Of a stretch of DNA of 64,000 bases, positions 10,462-21,696 are shown piece by piece (within the stretch, counting starts at the first letter, position 1; each line of letters starts with the position of its first letter). The stretch spans positions 1 through 64,000 of IMG/VR virus record IMGVR_UViG_3300050336_000035; one strand, written 5' to 3'. This stretch comes from a virus (Duplodnaviria; Caudoviricetes). The notes below the pieces were generated by a model. It was not told the DNA's origin and did not search any database. It saw nothing but the letters and a program-made list of their open reading frames with translations. A program made the position numbers and the translations under genes.

Positions 10462-11232
10462 TTACATTTTTGTTTTTTCCCTAAATTTAGCTACATTTTC
10501 TTTAACTTGTTCTTTTCTTAATTCTTTTTTACAGTTATTACAATATTTCTGTTTGTTACTTTTTAATCTTATAATTCTGTTACAGTTTGAACAATAACCA
10601 AATTTACTAGAATTAAAATATCTCTCATAATTCAAAACAAAATCTCTCATATCAGTTATTTCAAAAGCAATATCACCAGAATTACTAGAAAACAACACAT
10701 TAATATTAGTACAATCAATCTTCTTTGATGTCTTAACCAATTCTAAGTTTCTAAGATTATGTATCATTATATCTTGGTCAACTTTTTTAGCTGTCATTTT
10801 AGTATCACTAAAGATATCTTTTAGCGGTGAATTAACCCAATTAGATTCATTCTCATTCATAATATTAAATATCTTAGCATAAATTAATAAAGTAAAAGCT
10901 AGTTTTTCTAATCTAAGATTATTAATACTTTTGATTTTAATAACTTCATCCTTAAAAATTAATATTTTATCTACTACAAACAAGTCAAATTTTTTACTTT
11001 TATTAATGTCTGAAATAACCTTTTCTAATTTCTTTTGCCACTTAGCTTCAGCATACAAATACATATTTTCTTTTAAAAAACAATTAATAGAGTCATATAC
11101 TTGTTTTTTCTTTTGACCAACACTAAAATAATGCTTTGCTAATACTCTTATTGTCACCATAGGTTTTTTATGTATTTTCTTATTTGTTAAAGCCATATCC
11201 AAAATCTCTTGTTCATTCAATATAATCTTCAT
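10462..11232 (-). CDS. Hypothetical protein with C-terminal Zn ribbon, coupled to RNA polymerase gene
   Basis: Overlaps 3' end of RNAP gene; CSNC...CNNC. Confidence 0.75.
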   Translation of the reverse strand: MKIILNEQEILDMALTNKKIHKKPMVTIRVLAKHYFSVGQKKKQVYDSINCFLKENMYLYAEAKWQKKLEKVISDINKSKKFDLFVVDKILIFKDEVIKIKSINNLRLEKLAFTLLIYAKIFNIMNENESNWVNSPLKDIFSDTKMTAKKVDQDIMIHNLRNLELVKTSKKIDCTNINVLFSSNSGDIAFEITDMRDFVLNYERYFNSSKFGYCSNCNRIIRLKSNKQKYCNNCKKELRKEQVKENVAKFREKTKM

Positions 11233-13927
11233 TAACTACCTCCGTAATCATTCTAAATTTCTTTCCTGCATATTCAATGTCTCCATTTTCGTCTTCAATT
11301 GGATACGAAATTTTATAATCGCTTTTTTTTAATAAATTCTGAATTATTACATCACCACAGATATCCCATGCAAATTGTTTATTATCATTATTTTTGTAAC
11401 ATATATCTAAAACAATATTACATAATTCCTCTGAGTCATTACATTTTTCATATGCTTTAGCTTTAAATGATTCCTTAAAAATACTTCTCATTATTTGTTC
11501 TTCATCTGATGATTGTTTATAAAACAGTTGTTTTTGATTTTGTACCTTTTGTAGATAGTCGGTATAAATTTTATATATAGCCGAATATCTGCCTCTAGAA
11601 TATTTTTTATTTGATTTTAATATTGTATAATCGAACTTTGTATTATTAAACTTTGTTTTAATACCATTAAATTCATCTTCAATTTTCCAACAGATTTTAT
11701 TCATAACTGACGGACTTAAAGACACAGGCATCTTCAAATAGTAGTAATACAAATATTTTTCTTGTTCCTCAGATTTACTTTCTAAGCTTTCTAATTCATT
11801 TATACTCATACCATACGTAAATCTACAATGCCTATTTGCTTTATCTATGTACTTTTTATAGTCATTCATTTTATGCTTGTAATTATAAATAAAAAAGTAT
11901 GGATTTTTATTTGCTACAATCTTTTTACCAAAATCATTGCCTTTATTTGACCAATAATCATACCAACTTTTAGGCATTTCTTTACTTTGTATTCCTTTAA
12001 TCTTATCTATGGCATTTTGCTGATAATTTTGACCACACATTATTCTTTTCATAACTTCATTGTATTCTTTTGAACCTTCTTTAAAATTAGCAAGCACATC
12101 AAACATAGAAGTAATATGATTAGTAATTGTACCAATATCATCACCAAAACCATTTTTATTAGATTCAATAAAATCTTCTCTGGTTGGAATACATTTTTTA
12201 GCAGACTTTTGAACACATATAATTGCGTCTGTAGCTCTTATAGAATTTAAAATAACCTTGTTGTCTGTTAAATAGACTGCATCTGCATCATAATCTGCTC
12301 CGTTTAGTGCATGACTTGTAGTATCCCAAGAATTAAATATTGTTACTGTTGGCATATACTTATACCAATAATTAACTTCTTTATTATTTTTCAAATTAAG
12401 AATTCGGATATTATTATGACAAGTCATTGGTGCTCTAAAACAAGCAACCTTATTAACATTCAAATCATTCCAGTGTTTATTATAAAATTCACCCCTACCT
12501 AACAAACCTGTTACTTCCATGTTAAAAATACTTTGGCATAGGGAATAAGGGTCTCCTGAAATTGTGGAGTAGTTTGCTCTAGCATTTAGAACTCCTATTT
12601 TTGCTTCAGTAATTCTCTTTTTAATCATAAAATGAATTCTGTTTCTTACAAAAGGGTCTTTAATCATATCTTTATTAATCATTAAGGCTTTTATAAAATC
12701 ACATTCATCTTTATCAAAATTCATGTCATCTAAATGAATACCTTTTAAAAACAAGATACTTTTTCTATAATCTTCACCTAGAACTTCCTTTATCTCTTTT
12801 ACCGTAGGTTCAATTAGTTTATCTATATCATTATCGTTTAGATATAAAGATTGTATAAATTGATAATTTAAAGCACGTTCATTTTCTAGTTTTTCTGGAG
12901 TGTATTTTGTTATTGCAAAAGAGTAGCCATTTTTATTACAATTACTTAAATAATCATCTAAGCTATTATATGATTGCCAAAGTTTTAGCATTGATGCGGT
13001 TAATATTAATTCTACATCTCTTATATCAACTGTATTACCCCAAATATCTTTAACTTCATATTTTTTTGCAATATTATCCGAAAAATCTATAAAATCAAAT
13101 GTAAATATCATGCCTTTACAAAATGAATTTCTTATGCAAAATCCACTAGGAGTGTAATTTTCTTCTAATTCTTTACTCCATCTCTCACTTAATGATGGCA
13201 AACAAATTCCAAAACCATCGGTAGCATTTAGCTCTATTGGATAATTTTTAATAGGTGTTACTATAGGCTCATCAGACTCTGTATCATCTATCAAAACTAC
13301 ATTGTCTGTAAACTTTGTAATACAATCATCTACTACCAAAATCCCCTTGGGCATAGATACAGGTATACTTTGACTGCATGAAAGAGCTTTATATGATTCA
13401 AGTTTAGCAGGTACGAATTCAATATTAGGATTTCTGCCGTTATCAATTTTTGTATCAATAATATTATAAACTCTATCACTAATGTAAATTATTATATATT
13501 TTTTAATTCCACCAGAAGTACCTAAAAGATAGTTATAACGAATTCCATTAATAAAAAACGCCTTATCATTATTTAATCTGTCAAAATCTTTTTCTGAGTC
13601 AATTATGATTGCAACATAATCTTTGCAAAGTAATGTCTCTATTTTTTTTGAATAATGAGATTTAATCTTATCTCTATTTTCAATTGAAGTAAGTTCTTTT
13701 TTTATAGATTTAATTTCTTTTGTTAATGCTTTTATAGTTTCATAAATAGCATTAGAACTAGTATTATTCTCACTATCTATAAATCTTATAGTTTCACTTT
13801 CAGTAATAGAAACTATTTCATCATTTAATAAGGCTTCATTTACTGAAATATTTAAATTCCATCTAGCTTTTCTTAATCTACTTGAATCAATTTTATATAT
13901 GTAACGTTGTGGTGCTGTTTTATGCAA
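11213..13927 (-). CDS. yonO: YonO-like single-subunit RNA polymerase (double-psi barrel, cellular RdRP-related)
   Basis: TDGFG, CKG, RAP and GADYDAD (DxDxD) motifs; 904 aa; upstream of packaging genes as in SPbeta. Confidence 0.85.
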   Translation of the reverse strand: MHKTAPQRYIYKIDSSRLRKARWNLNISVNEALLNDEIVSITESETIRFIDSENNTSSNAIYETIKALTKEIKSIKKELTSIENRDKIKSHYSKKIETLLCKDYVAIIIDSEKDFDRLNNDKAFFINGIRYNYLLGTSGGIKKYIIIYISDRVYNIIDTKIDNGRNPNIEFVPAKLESYKALSCSQSIPVSMPKGILVVDDCITKFTDNVVLIDDTESDEPIVTPIKNYPIELNATDGFGICLPSLSERWSKELEENYTPSGFCIRNSFCKGMIFTFDFIDFSDNIAKKYEVKDIWGNTVDIRDVELILTASMLKLWQSYNSLDDYLSNCNKNGYSFAITKYTPEKLENERALNYQFIQSLYLNDNDIDKLIEPTVKEIKEVLGEDYRKSILFLKGIHLDDMNFDKDECDFIKALMINKDMIKDPFVRNRIHFMIKKRITEAKIGVLNARANYSTISGDPYSLCQSIFNMEVTGLLGRGEFYNKHWNDLNVNKVACFRAPMTCHNNIRILNLKNNKEVNYWYKYMPTVTIFNSWDTTSHALNGADYDADAVYLTDNKVILNSIRATDAIICVQKSAKKCIPTREDFIESNKNGFGDDIGTITNHITSMFDVLANFKEGSKEYNEVMKRIMCGQNYQQNAIDKIKGIQSKEMPKSWYDYWSNKGNDFGKKIVANKNPYFFIYNYKHKMNDYKKYIDKANRHCRFTYGMSINELESLESKSEEQEKYLYYYYLKMPVSLSPSVMNKICWKIEDEFNGIKTKFNNTKFDYTILKSNKKYSRGRYSAIYKIYTDYLQKVQNQKQLFYKQSSDEEQIMRSIFKESFKAKAYEKCNDSEELCNIVLDICYKNNDNKQFAWDICGDVIIQNLLKKSDYKISYPIEDENGDIEYAGKKFRMITEVVNEDYIE

Positions 13928-13984
13928 TATATTAATCCTCCTGTCTTATTAAATGGGGAATAGGGGAGTAGGTTATACTCCCTA

Positions 13985-14779
13985 TCAATCTTCAAAAAAC
14001 CAAGCATCAGCAGGGTCATTTGGGTCTAAACTATTTATGTATGCCATACCATCTAAATAATCTTGAACATAATCATCAAAATCATCATCAAATAATACGA
14101 TACAAGCATTTTTAATATCTTCATCATCACAAGAACTTGTAATTAAATCAATTAAATAATCGTTAGTAACATTTTCTTCAAGAAGTTCTTCATCATCAAT
14201 TTTTAAATATTCAACTAATTCAATCAAATCATCTGTAGAATAATATTCTTCCAAAAAATCACTAATATCAGGTTTATCTTCATCATAATCATCAAATTCA
14301 TATTCATCACCTAATATATCCATACAATGACTTTGATGACATTCTTCAGTACAATAATTAGAATCATCCCAATCAGAATGATAGACTTTATATGCACAAT
14401 CCCAACATACCCAATCACCACAATATGTACATTCAGATATTTCATTAGTAATTTCTCCACAAACACTACATATATGCCAACCATCATTTGGATAAGGTAT
14501 ACTGCTATTCCATTCAGCTTTAGCTATATTTTCCATAATAAAACATCCTAATTCAGAATAAGAACACTTATCTTTTTCAAATAAACTTATATTACTTTCT
14601 TTACCATCAGAATTTAATTCATAGACATCTTTCCATTCACCACTTGAAGTATTCTTAAACATAAATATATTTAAATTTTCACACTTCACCATTAAATCCT
14701 TAACTTTTCTGCTATCTGTATAAACTTGTGATTTATTATCATTCTTAAATATTACTAAATATGCAATTCTGTTTTTCAT
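13985..14779 (-). CDS. Acidic Cys-rich hypothetical protein
   Basis: Several CxxC motifs, D/E-rich tail. Confidence 0.7.
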   Translation of the reverse strand: MKNRIAYLVIFKNDNKSQVYTDSRKVKDLMVKCENLNIFMFKNTSSGEWKDVYELNSDGKESNISLFEKDKCSYSELGCFIMENIAKAEWNSSIPYPNDGWHICSVCGEITNEISECTYCGDWVCWDCAYKVYHSDWDDSNYCTEECHQSHCMDILGDEYEFDDYDEDKPDISDFLEEYYSTDDLIELVEYLKIDDEELLEENVTNDYLIDLITSSCDDEDIKNACIVLFDDDFDDYVQDYLDGMAYINSLDPNDPADAWFFED

Positions 14780-14812
14780 TTTAATCTCCTTTAAATAATT
14801 AAATTTATATTG

Positions 14813-15625
14813 TTATTGAAGAACTAATTCAAATTTCTTGTCTAAATATTCTTTTCTCTTTTCATAATTAAAAATATTTTGAACTTCAATTAAATCTGCA
14901 TCGTATTGTTCTAATATATGTACATATTCTAATTCTTTTTCTGTAAAACTATTTCTTATGGGATAATCCTTAGAAAATCCTTTTCTTCTACGATATTCAC
15001 TTGCAGTCATTCCAATAATAACTTCATTTAACAAACAAAACTCAGCAACAAATTTATTATTGTTAAAATATGTAGGAATGTTTTTAACTATGTCTTTATG
15101 ATACTTTATCAATGCTCTTTTAAGAGTTTTACATTTAATTAATGTTTCTTCTCTATCTAAATTCCAATAATACCTACCCTTAAATGCCTTTTCTATGTAT
15201 ATAAAATATTTTCTTGCCATTTTACTTCTTTCTTTTAATTCTTTACTTGTTCTACTACCTTTTGCACCTGCTATCATTGAAATCTCTTTTGCAGATTCTA
15301 CTGTTGTAATATAGTCTATTTTATTAAAACCTCCACGACCTGAAATTTTGCTCCCCTTTAAAGGGGAATAATCCTTATCAACTTCTAAATCCAATTCTTC
15401 AACTTGATTTTTAAACCAATCAGAAAAATCTTTATTTACTTTTAACTGTTCATGAAGAATTCTTGCATTAATCCAATCTCCATTGTCTTGTTGTAATATT
15501 GGTAATACTTCTTGATATTCTAAAATTGTATCTATTTCTTTTTCTTCTAATCCATACAATTTTAATTCTTCTCTTGTAAGTTTACCTTTCTTTAAATTTG
15601 AACTTTCTTTTTTATTATCTTTCAA
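14813..15625 (-). CDS. AntA/AntB antirepressor domain protein
   Basis: INARILHEQLKVNKDFSDWFK...DY...AKEISM...ARKYFI..EK. Confidence 0.82.
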   Translation of the reverse strand: MKDNKKESSNLKKGKLTREELKLYGLEEKEIDTILEYQEVLPILQQDNGDWINARILHEQLKVNKDFSDWFKNQVEELDLEVDKDYSPLKGSKISGRGGFNKIDYITTVESAKEISMIAGAKGSRTSKELKERSKMARKYFIYIEKAFKGRYYWNLDREETLIKCKTLKRALIKYHKDIVKNIPTYFNNNKFVAEFCLLNEVIIGMTASEYRRRKGFSKDYPIRNSFTEKELEYVHILEQYDADLIEVQNIFNYEKRKEYLDKKFELVLQ

Positions 15626-15807
15626 ATCAATTATCTCCTTTACAATATTTTTTTTCTTTATCTGTCATTTGTCTTGTAATACACTTACTAGTATTTTTAT
15701 AAGCATGAACCATATCTTTCACATGAAAATATAAACTCATCTTATCAGCTCCTATGTATAATCTTCTCATTAATTACCCTTTCAAAAAACATGATAAAAT
15801 ATGCTTT

Positions 15808-16101
15808 CTATGTATTATACAATTCCCATATAGCCCTAGAATCAGTTCCTTCATATGGTAGTTCCATAGTATCACCATCAGCTTCAATAATTTTTACATA
15901 TAATATGTCACCATCATATCTTGCAGTTGTTGGCTTTCTTAAATTTTCTGTACTAAAATATTCTTGATATAATATGTATTCTCTTCCTTTAGTCCCAAAA
16001 GATAAATTACTAAACTCTTCAAAACTTATATCATCTCTTAATTTTGCAATCATATTAAATTTAACCTCACATATTATTTTAATATCAATTAATCTTTCCA
16101 A
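15808..16101 (-). CDS. Hypothetical protein
   Basis: ORF in co-oriented run. Confidence 0.6.
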   Translation of the reverse strand: MERLIDIKIICEVKFNMIAKLRDDISFEEFSNLSFGTKGREYILYQEYFSTENLRKPTTARYDGDILYVKIIEADGDTMELPYEGTDSRAIWELYNT

Positions 16102-16331
16102 ATCTCACAATATTCAGCTTTCATATATTTTTTATTTTCTAATGTACACCAAGGATTCCTTATATCAGAAGTATACAGCAATCCATCTTTCATATATGTA
16201 TGTTTTTTATTTATTATACTTATAAATCCATTACAAAATATTTTATAACTATCTTTCGTTTCTTCCTCAATTAACCACTTATGTATTAATCCTTTGATAT
16301 CTCTAATCTGTATATGTTGTTCTGTTATCAT
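16089..16331 (-). CDS. Hypothetical protein
   Basis: Start moved to MITEQ after GGAGG. Confidence 0.55.
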   Translation of the reverse strand: MITEQHIQIRDIKGLIHKWLIEEETKDSYKIFCNGFISIINKKHTYMKDGLLYTSDIRNPWCTLENKKYMKAEYCEIWKD

Positions 16332-16332
16332 A

Positions 16333-16671
16333 TTATGAATTTTCCTCCATGTCTTCTTCGTCTGGTACTGTGTCAATTATGATAGTTAGTTTTCTCTTAG
16401 TATTATTCCAAAGCACATTACTAATGTCCTTACCATTTACCATAAGCACTTCACTTATTACTTCAACCTTACCAACTTCACAAAAAATATCTTTATCATA
16501 CTTATTAACTACCAACCCAATTCTTTTACCTTGATTATCTTTTAAAAACTTAGTTAAATCAAATTCATAACCTTCATTATCTCTATCATTTACAAGTATA
16601 TAGGGTATTTCATTGAATCTTGTTTCTGGCATAGTTAATATTCCACAATATTCTTTTATTCTTTCTTTCAT
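16333..16671 (-). CDS. Hypothetical protein
   Basis: AAAGGAG RBS. Confidence 0.7.
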   Translation of the reverse strand: MKERIKEYCGILTMPETRFNEIPYILVNDRDNEGYEFDLTKFLKDNQGKRIGLVVNKYDKDIFCEVGKVEVISEVLMVNGKDISNVLWNNTKRKLTIIIDTVPDEEDMEENS

Positions 16672-16835
16672 ATGTAATAATCTCCTTTTAATAAATATTA
16701 TTTTTATATCAATTATGTTTTATTAATTTATATTCTTATAAAATTAACACAATTTTGATGGTAAAACTTATTAATATTATCTTCATGGATAAATTTAAGG
16801 GTAAAATTTAAAATCGTTTTTTACACCTAATAATG

Positions 16836-17207
16836 TCATTTTTTACGAGAATTTTTTAAACGCTCTTTTATCACTTCTTTTTGCTCATCAGTTAAATCAC
16901 GCTTAATTCTCTTTTTAGCTTTAATAATATCAGCAATAATAGGGAAGTCAGATTCAGAAAACTTATATGTACTTTCATTATCCCCTATTTGAAATGATGT
17001 TAACTGTACCCCTAGTGCAGATAATTCTTTAATACGATTATTGGCTATACCAGTGGAATTAAATTGTACGGCTAACGTATTTTCATTATACCTATAAATC
17101 TGAATCCCATTCTTAGCTTTGATATAATTATCATCTTTGTTTGATGTATAATTACCATCACTATCTTTCTGCTTATATATGTAAAAATCTTCTTTATATT
17201 TATTCAA
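16836..17207 (-). CDS. Hypothetical protein
   Basis: Start moved to TTG after AAAGGAGG. Confidence 0.65.
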   Translation of the reverse strand: MNKYKEDFYIYKQKDSDGNYTSNKDDNYIKAKNGIQIYRYNENTLAVQFNSTGIANNRIKELSALGVQLTSFQIGDNESTYKFSESDFPIIADIIKAKKRIKRDLTDEQKEVIKERLKNSRKK

Positions 17208-17434
17208 ATTGTTATGTCCTCCTTTCATGAAATAATTAGAACTTATTGTGCAATTAAAATTTACAAAATAAATTATATTAATATAATTATACAATTTCAT
17301 ATTCACAATCCATTAAATTTAATAAGTATGCTTTTGACTTTAATTTTAAATCACCCTCCAATCTTTGTCTTTCTGATTTAAGTATACTACAACAATTACA
17401 ATTTGTCAAGTGCTATAAATTATTTTAATATTAA

Positions 17435-18328
17435 TTACTTTATAAACCACTTAATTACCTCATTTCTACCATTCTTTAATTTAAAATTTCCTCCATAAAA
17501 TACTTTGGGATTTACTATTATATATGATTTACCTTCATCATATTCTGTTCTGAAAAATCCTAATATGGCTTCATTATTATCTAGTCTGGTTGATAATAAT
17601 TCCTTTATGAATCCTCGAACTCCATTTCTATGATAACCAAGAATATCCTTTAACTCATTTACAGTCATAAGTTTAATATTTGAAATATCATCACTTGGAT
17701 TATGACATAATGTGTTTTGTTGTCTATGTATATACGGAATTAACTTAAAATAGTTACCTAATTGCTTTTGATTACGTTTGTCAACATTATTATATAAATA
17801 TCTAATAGTATCTATATAAACCCTAGTATAATCATAATATTGTTGAATTTCTTTATCAATTTCACCTTTACTGAAATATCTTTTATTTATTTTGATATTC
17901 TTACATTTGTCTACGGAGAATATACCAATCTTCTTCATTTTATTAAAAAATACATCAAATATATTAATTGATAATCCTAATATGTTTTGCATATTAGCTC
18001 TAGTCATATATTGACCATCATATACTAAATACCCATCATAATCTACATATGTAGCTAAATAGAATAATTTTGTTATATCTTCAGGTGTAATTTCTTTGTG
18101 TTGTTCTAATAAATTATTACAATACTTAAATAAGACAAAAACAAATCCACCAAGCTCTTCATTCCACTCTGAAACTTCTTCATTTAACTGTTTTGTTTCT
18201 AAAGATAATTTTATAGCTTCTTTTTGTTGTTCTCTTACTATTCTTAAAGAATCACCTTCGTATACTGTAATTACTTCTCCTGTTTCTTTATCTATTAATT
18301 CTCTTTCTATATTTCTATTTTCATCCAT
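17435..18328 (-). CDS. RepL-like winged-helix protein
   Basis: DKETGEV N-terminus and YIIVNPKVFYGG C-terminus, paralogous to 23453-23953; tandem repeats upstream. Confidence 0.55.
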   Translation of the reverse strand: MDENRNIERELIDKETGEVITVYEGDSLRIVREQQKEAIKLSLETKQLNEEVSEWNEELGGFVFVLFKYCNNLLEQHKEITPEDITKLFYLATYVDYDGYLVYDGQYMTRANMQNILGLSINIFDVFFNKMKKIGIFSVDKCKNIKINKRYFSKGEIDKEIQQYYDYTRVYIDTIRYLYNNVDKRNQKQLGNYFKLIPYIHRQQNTLCHNPSDDISNIKLMTVNELKDILGYHRNGVRGFIKELLSTRLDNNEAILGFFRTEYDEGKSYIIVNPKVFYGGNFKLKNGRNEVIKWFIK

Positions 18329-18412
18329 TTTTACTTAAATTCCTTTCATAATTATCCATTATTCAAAAATACAAAACCTAAAACCATTGATATCACTACA
18401 TTTCAAAATCAC

Positions 18413-18454
18413 TGCACAGTCGACAGGGGATTCTTGCACAGTCGACAGGGGATT
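18413..18454. repeat. Tandem 20-bp direct repeat TGCACAGTCGACAGGGGATT, 22-bp period (iteron-like)
   Basis: Two exact copies at 18413 and 18435. Confidence 0.9.
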
Positions 18455-18692
18455 TACATGCCTCAAACCTAGTCAGCTCTAGGCGCGTTACAATCTCTAA
18501 TCTCTTACAAGTAAATAGTGAAAATTATAATAATAAAACTAAAACAATCATATTTATAAAGTCATCTCTTAAATTAATTTTTGTTATTATTAATATATAG
18601 AAAATAAATATATATTATGCTGGGGTTTGGGGCGAGCTAAAATATATTGTGACGTAAGGAACAATATATTAAGCCCCAAGGTTTTAATATCT

Positions 18693-19526
18693 CTATTTCA
18701 ATAATTTAATTATTATATTATTATCTAATAACAAATTTTTTAAAAAATCATATCCATCCTCAGTTACCAATATAGTTTCAAGAGTATTCCCATTATCATA
18801 TGTAATAATTTCTGTTAAAAAATAAGTATTTAAATATTTTTTATTAGGTAAATTTCTTTTATCATCATTATAATAAAAAATATTAAGTTCCCTTAGATTT
18901 TTGAAAATAGTATTGTATGGACATTTTAATTTATATCCATTAGTTAATATATGACATACAGTATTTTTAACTGTTGAAGGAAATGTAATATTATTTACAA
19001 TATCATGTTTATATTCATTTTCTTTATTATTGTTTCTAGGTTTTTGGTTTTTGGTAAGAGTATTTGATTTGTTATATAATTTTTTATAAGTACCAGTTTT
19101 TTCAATATGTTTTTTAATAGTAATCAATGTATTTATATTTTTATCTGAAATTAATACATCATTAAACATAGACTTTTCTTTATTCAATACTTTTTCCAAT
19201 GTGTATTCTAAATTATATCCATTCTCAACGCTATCATATTCTTTAATATATTTATCTTCATATATTAACAAAATACATTGTTGAACTATAAGATAAAAAT
19301 CATTACTTATTTGTTCAATTATTTCAAAATTAAAATGTTCTTTTCCATATATGTTGTAGTCCTGTTGCAGTTTAAAAGAATGATGTGTATTATTATTTAA
19401 ATCTTCTTTATGTTTATCCCATCTTTCATAAATATCTAAACTTTCACCAATATATACTTTATTATTTATATTGTTTATAATTTTATATATTCCTGCAATC
19501 CTATTTTCTTTTTTTAATCTTGTCAT
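18693..19526 (-). CDS. GIY-YIG nuclease fused to KilA-C/ANT-like domain
   Basis: GIYKI...VYIGES...RW..H; C-terminal LP.KKY...T..VTEDG..FL. Confidence 0.75.
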   Translation of the reverse strand: MTRLKKENRIAGIYKIINNINNKVYIGESLDIYERWDKHKEDLNNNTHHSFKLQQDYNIYGKEHFNFEIIEQISNDFYLIVQQCILLIYEDKYIKEYDSVENGYNLEYTLEKVLNKEKSMFNDVLISDKNINTLITIKKHIEKTGTYKKLYNKSNTLTKNQKPRNNNKENEYKHDIVNNITFPSTVKNTVCHILTNGYKLKCPYNTIFKNLRELNIFYYNDDKRNLPNKKYLNTYFLTEIITYDNGNTLETILVTEDGYDFLKNLLLDNNIIIKLLK

Positions 19527-19805
19527 AAATTATATTATTCTCCTTTTAAATAAAAGCTGTATATTAGATTTATATTCATACAGTAAATATTATTCTTTTT
19601 CAGTCATATTTATCATCATCTCCTAATTTAATTATATCATACTTTATATTTATATGTCAAGTAATTATCAGTACATATTATATTAATAATCAATAATCTA
19701 GATTTATAATTTAAATTTTTATGGGTATACCTACCTCTAATATATCATTATTTGTTTATTCTATTTGTAAAAGTACGCCCCGTATACTCCCATATATGAT
19801 ATTTA

Positions 19806-20438
19806 TTAATATGTCAATGAACATACTAAATTATCTTCATCAGATTGTAATATTCCTATATATCTTAATGTTATTTCTGGAGAACTATGACCAAGTATTT
19901 TTTGTACCATTACTATATCTTTACTGTTTTCATATAGATGATATCCAAATGTTTTTCTTAATGTGTGTGTTGCTGTATCATATGATTCAATTTGCTTGAA
20001 AGCATCTTTTAATATTCTATATGCTTGAACTCTTCCAATAGGAGAGTTGGGTGATTCATTCTCTACATCTATATAGACTGTATTCATTTTGTTTGTTAAT
20101 GGGTTCTTTAATTTAGTTTTTTTCTTTACGGTTGAACTAAATTTTTTACTCGAAAATAAATATTCATTATCTTTCTTTCCCTTAATAAATAAATCAAGCT
20201 CATCTTTAAATGTTGGATGTATAATTACTTTTCTTTTCTTGCTTGTTTTATTTTCTGTTGTTTCAAAATAGTTTTTACCTTTAATATCAGATACTTTTAA
20301 TTTTATGATATCTGATATTCTATATCCTGAATATATACCAAGCTTAAATAAAATATAGTTTCTGTAATTTGATTTCTTTAGTATATCCTCTATTTTATGA
20401 ATCTGTGATATCTCTCTTATTGGTTGTACTGTGTTCAT
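19806..20438 (-). CDS. Tyrosine recombinase (catalytic domain only, MNTVQPIR type)
   Basis: Complete catalytic set: GYRISD, K, HTLRKT, LGHSS, LRYIG. Confidence 0.92.
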   Translation of the reverse strand: MNTVQPIREISQIHKIEDILKKSNYRNYILFKLGIYSGYRISDIIKLKVSDIKGKNYFETTENKTSKKRKVIIHPTFKDELDLFIKGKKDNEYLFSSKKFSSTVKKKTKLKNPLTNKMNTVYIDVENESPNSPIGRVQAYRILKDAFKQIESYDTATHTLRKTFGYHLYENSKDIVMVQKILGHSSPEITLRYIGILQSDEDNLVCSLTY

Positions 20439-21070
20439 ATGGTTTACACTCCTTTATTTTTATACTGTTAATATAATATATTTTAATTACAAATTTGTTT
20501 CTGTATATAATGTAACATAAATTGGATGATGTTGTCAATAGAAATATAAAAATAAATTTGTATACATAAGTGAGTATTATATTGCTTAAATTATCGAAAC
20601 TTTATTAAAATCGTTTGAATTATCTTAAAAACATTAATATTTTTGTGGCTTTTATTGAATTTTTTATGGTTAATTTTTATGTGTATTTTATTGAATAAAT
20701 GATAATCGGTTAATAGAGATATTTGAGATTAAAATATTGATACAAAGGTAGGAGTAAACGTATTGATATTATTGAGTTTGATGGTTGTTTATCATATAGA
20801 AAAATTAGATATAATCATAGTAATTGTAATAGGTATGATTGTTTGAGTGAAATTTTTAGATAGGTGAAATAAGCTTGATTAGTACATTGTAACGATAAAG
20901 TGTCGATATGAAAATTGATAATGTTTTGTGTTTTATAGTGAGTCGGTTTAAAAATTGAGTTTATTGTGTGAATAGAAGTGCTATGGGCAACCCATGCTCA
21001 AAAAATAAGCTGATTTTTGTAAAGTACCGCCCATCTATTTAATGTATATCCTAAAATAACGTATTTAAGC

Positions 21071-21112
21071 ATGTTACAAGGTTTAATGTTACACAATGTA
21101 ATTATGTTACAT
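21071..21112. repeat. Three ATGTTACA direct repeats (possible recombinase site); inverted copy at 20509-20520
   Basis: ATGTTACA at 21071, 21086, 21104. AATGTAACATAA (20509) is the reverse complement of TTATGTTACATT (21102). Confidence 0.55.
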
Positions 21113-21492
21113 TAGAATTTATGATGCATTTTAATTAATTGAATAGAGAATAATACCACTAAAAAGTAGCAATTAAGAGCCTATACAAGCGATACATTTA
21201 AAACCTTGTAATAGGCTTTATTACTGCGTTTAAAAGGTTATTTATCATCAATAATACACAGATATCTACTATATAATAATAACTCAGACGGTTTAAATTA
21301 AGCACACAAAATATTGATTTTATCCAATATGATAGGGAATAGCTGATATTGTGAGCCTATGAGTAAACTGTATTAGATACTTAATACAATTGGTTGCAAT
21401 TGCAACGTAATATAAATCGAGGGTAACATGAGCCGACACAGTGAAGACTTAATTAGTTAATTATATAAGTAACTAACTTAATATATTAAAAA

Positions 21493-21508
21493 TGTTTCAC
21501 GTGAAACA
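21493..21508. promoter_or_regulatory. parS: parS site (Spo0J/ParB)
   Basis: Perfect palindrome TGTTTCACGTGAAACA matching TGTTNCACGTGAAACA. Confidence 0.92.
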
Positions 21509-21627
21509 ATATAAATTATATTAATATTACATATACATTATAGTAACTCTGTATAACTCAATTTAACCTGTATATAATGCGTATAACTATGTGTAAAAGA
21601 ATACAAATATAATATAGAAAATTAGTA

Positions 21628-21656
21628 TTGACAATATATAATAATGAGAGTAAAAT
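21628..21656 (+). promoter_or_regulatory. sigmaA promoter, first of the early region
   Basis: TTGACA-17-TAAAAT. Similar promoters at 24187, 28011, 33391, 34707, 36066, 45305, 57228, 58328, 60477 and others. Confidence 0.8.
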
Positions 21657-21696
21657 ATATAGTGTAAGATAGTATTTAATCTAAGGAGGTTATCTA

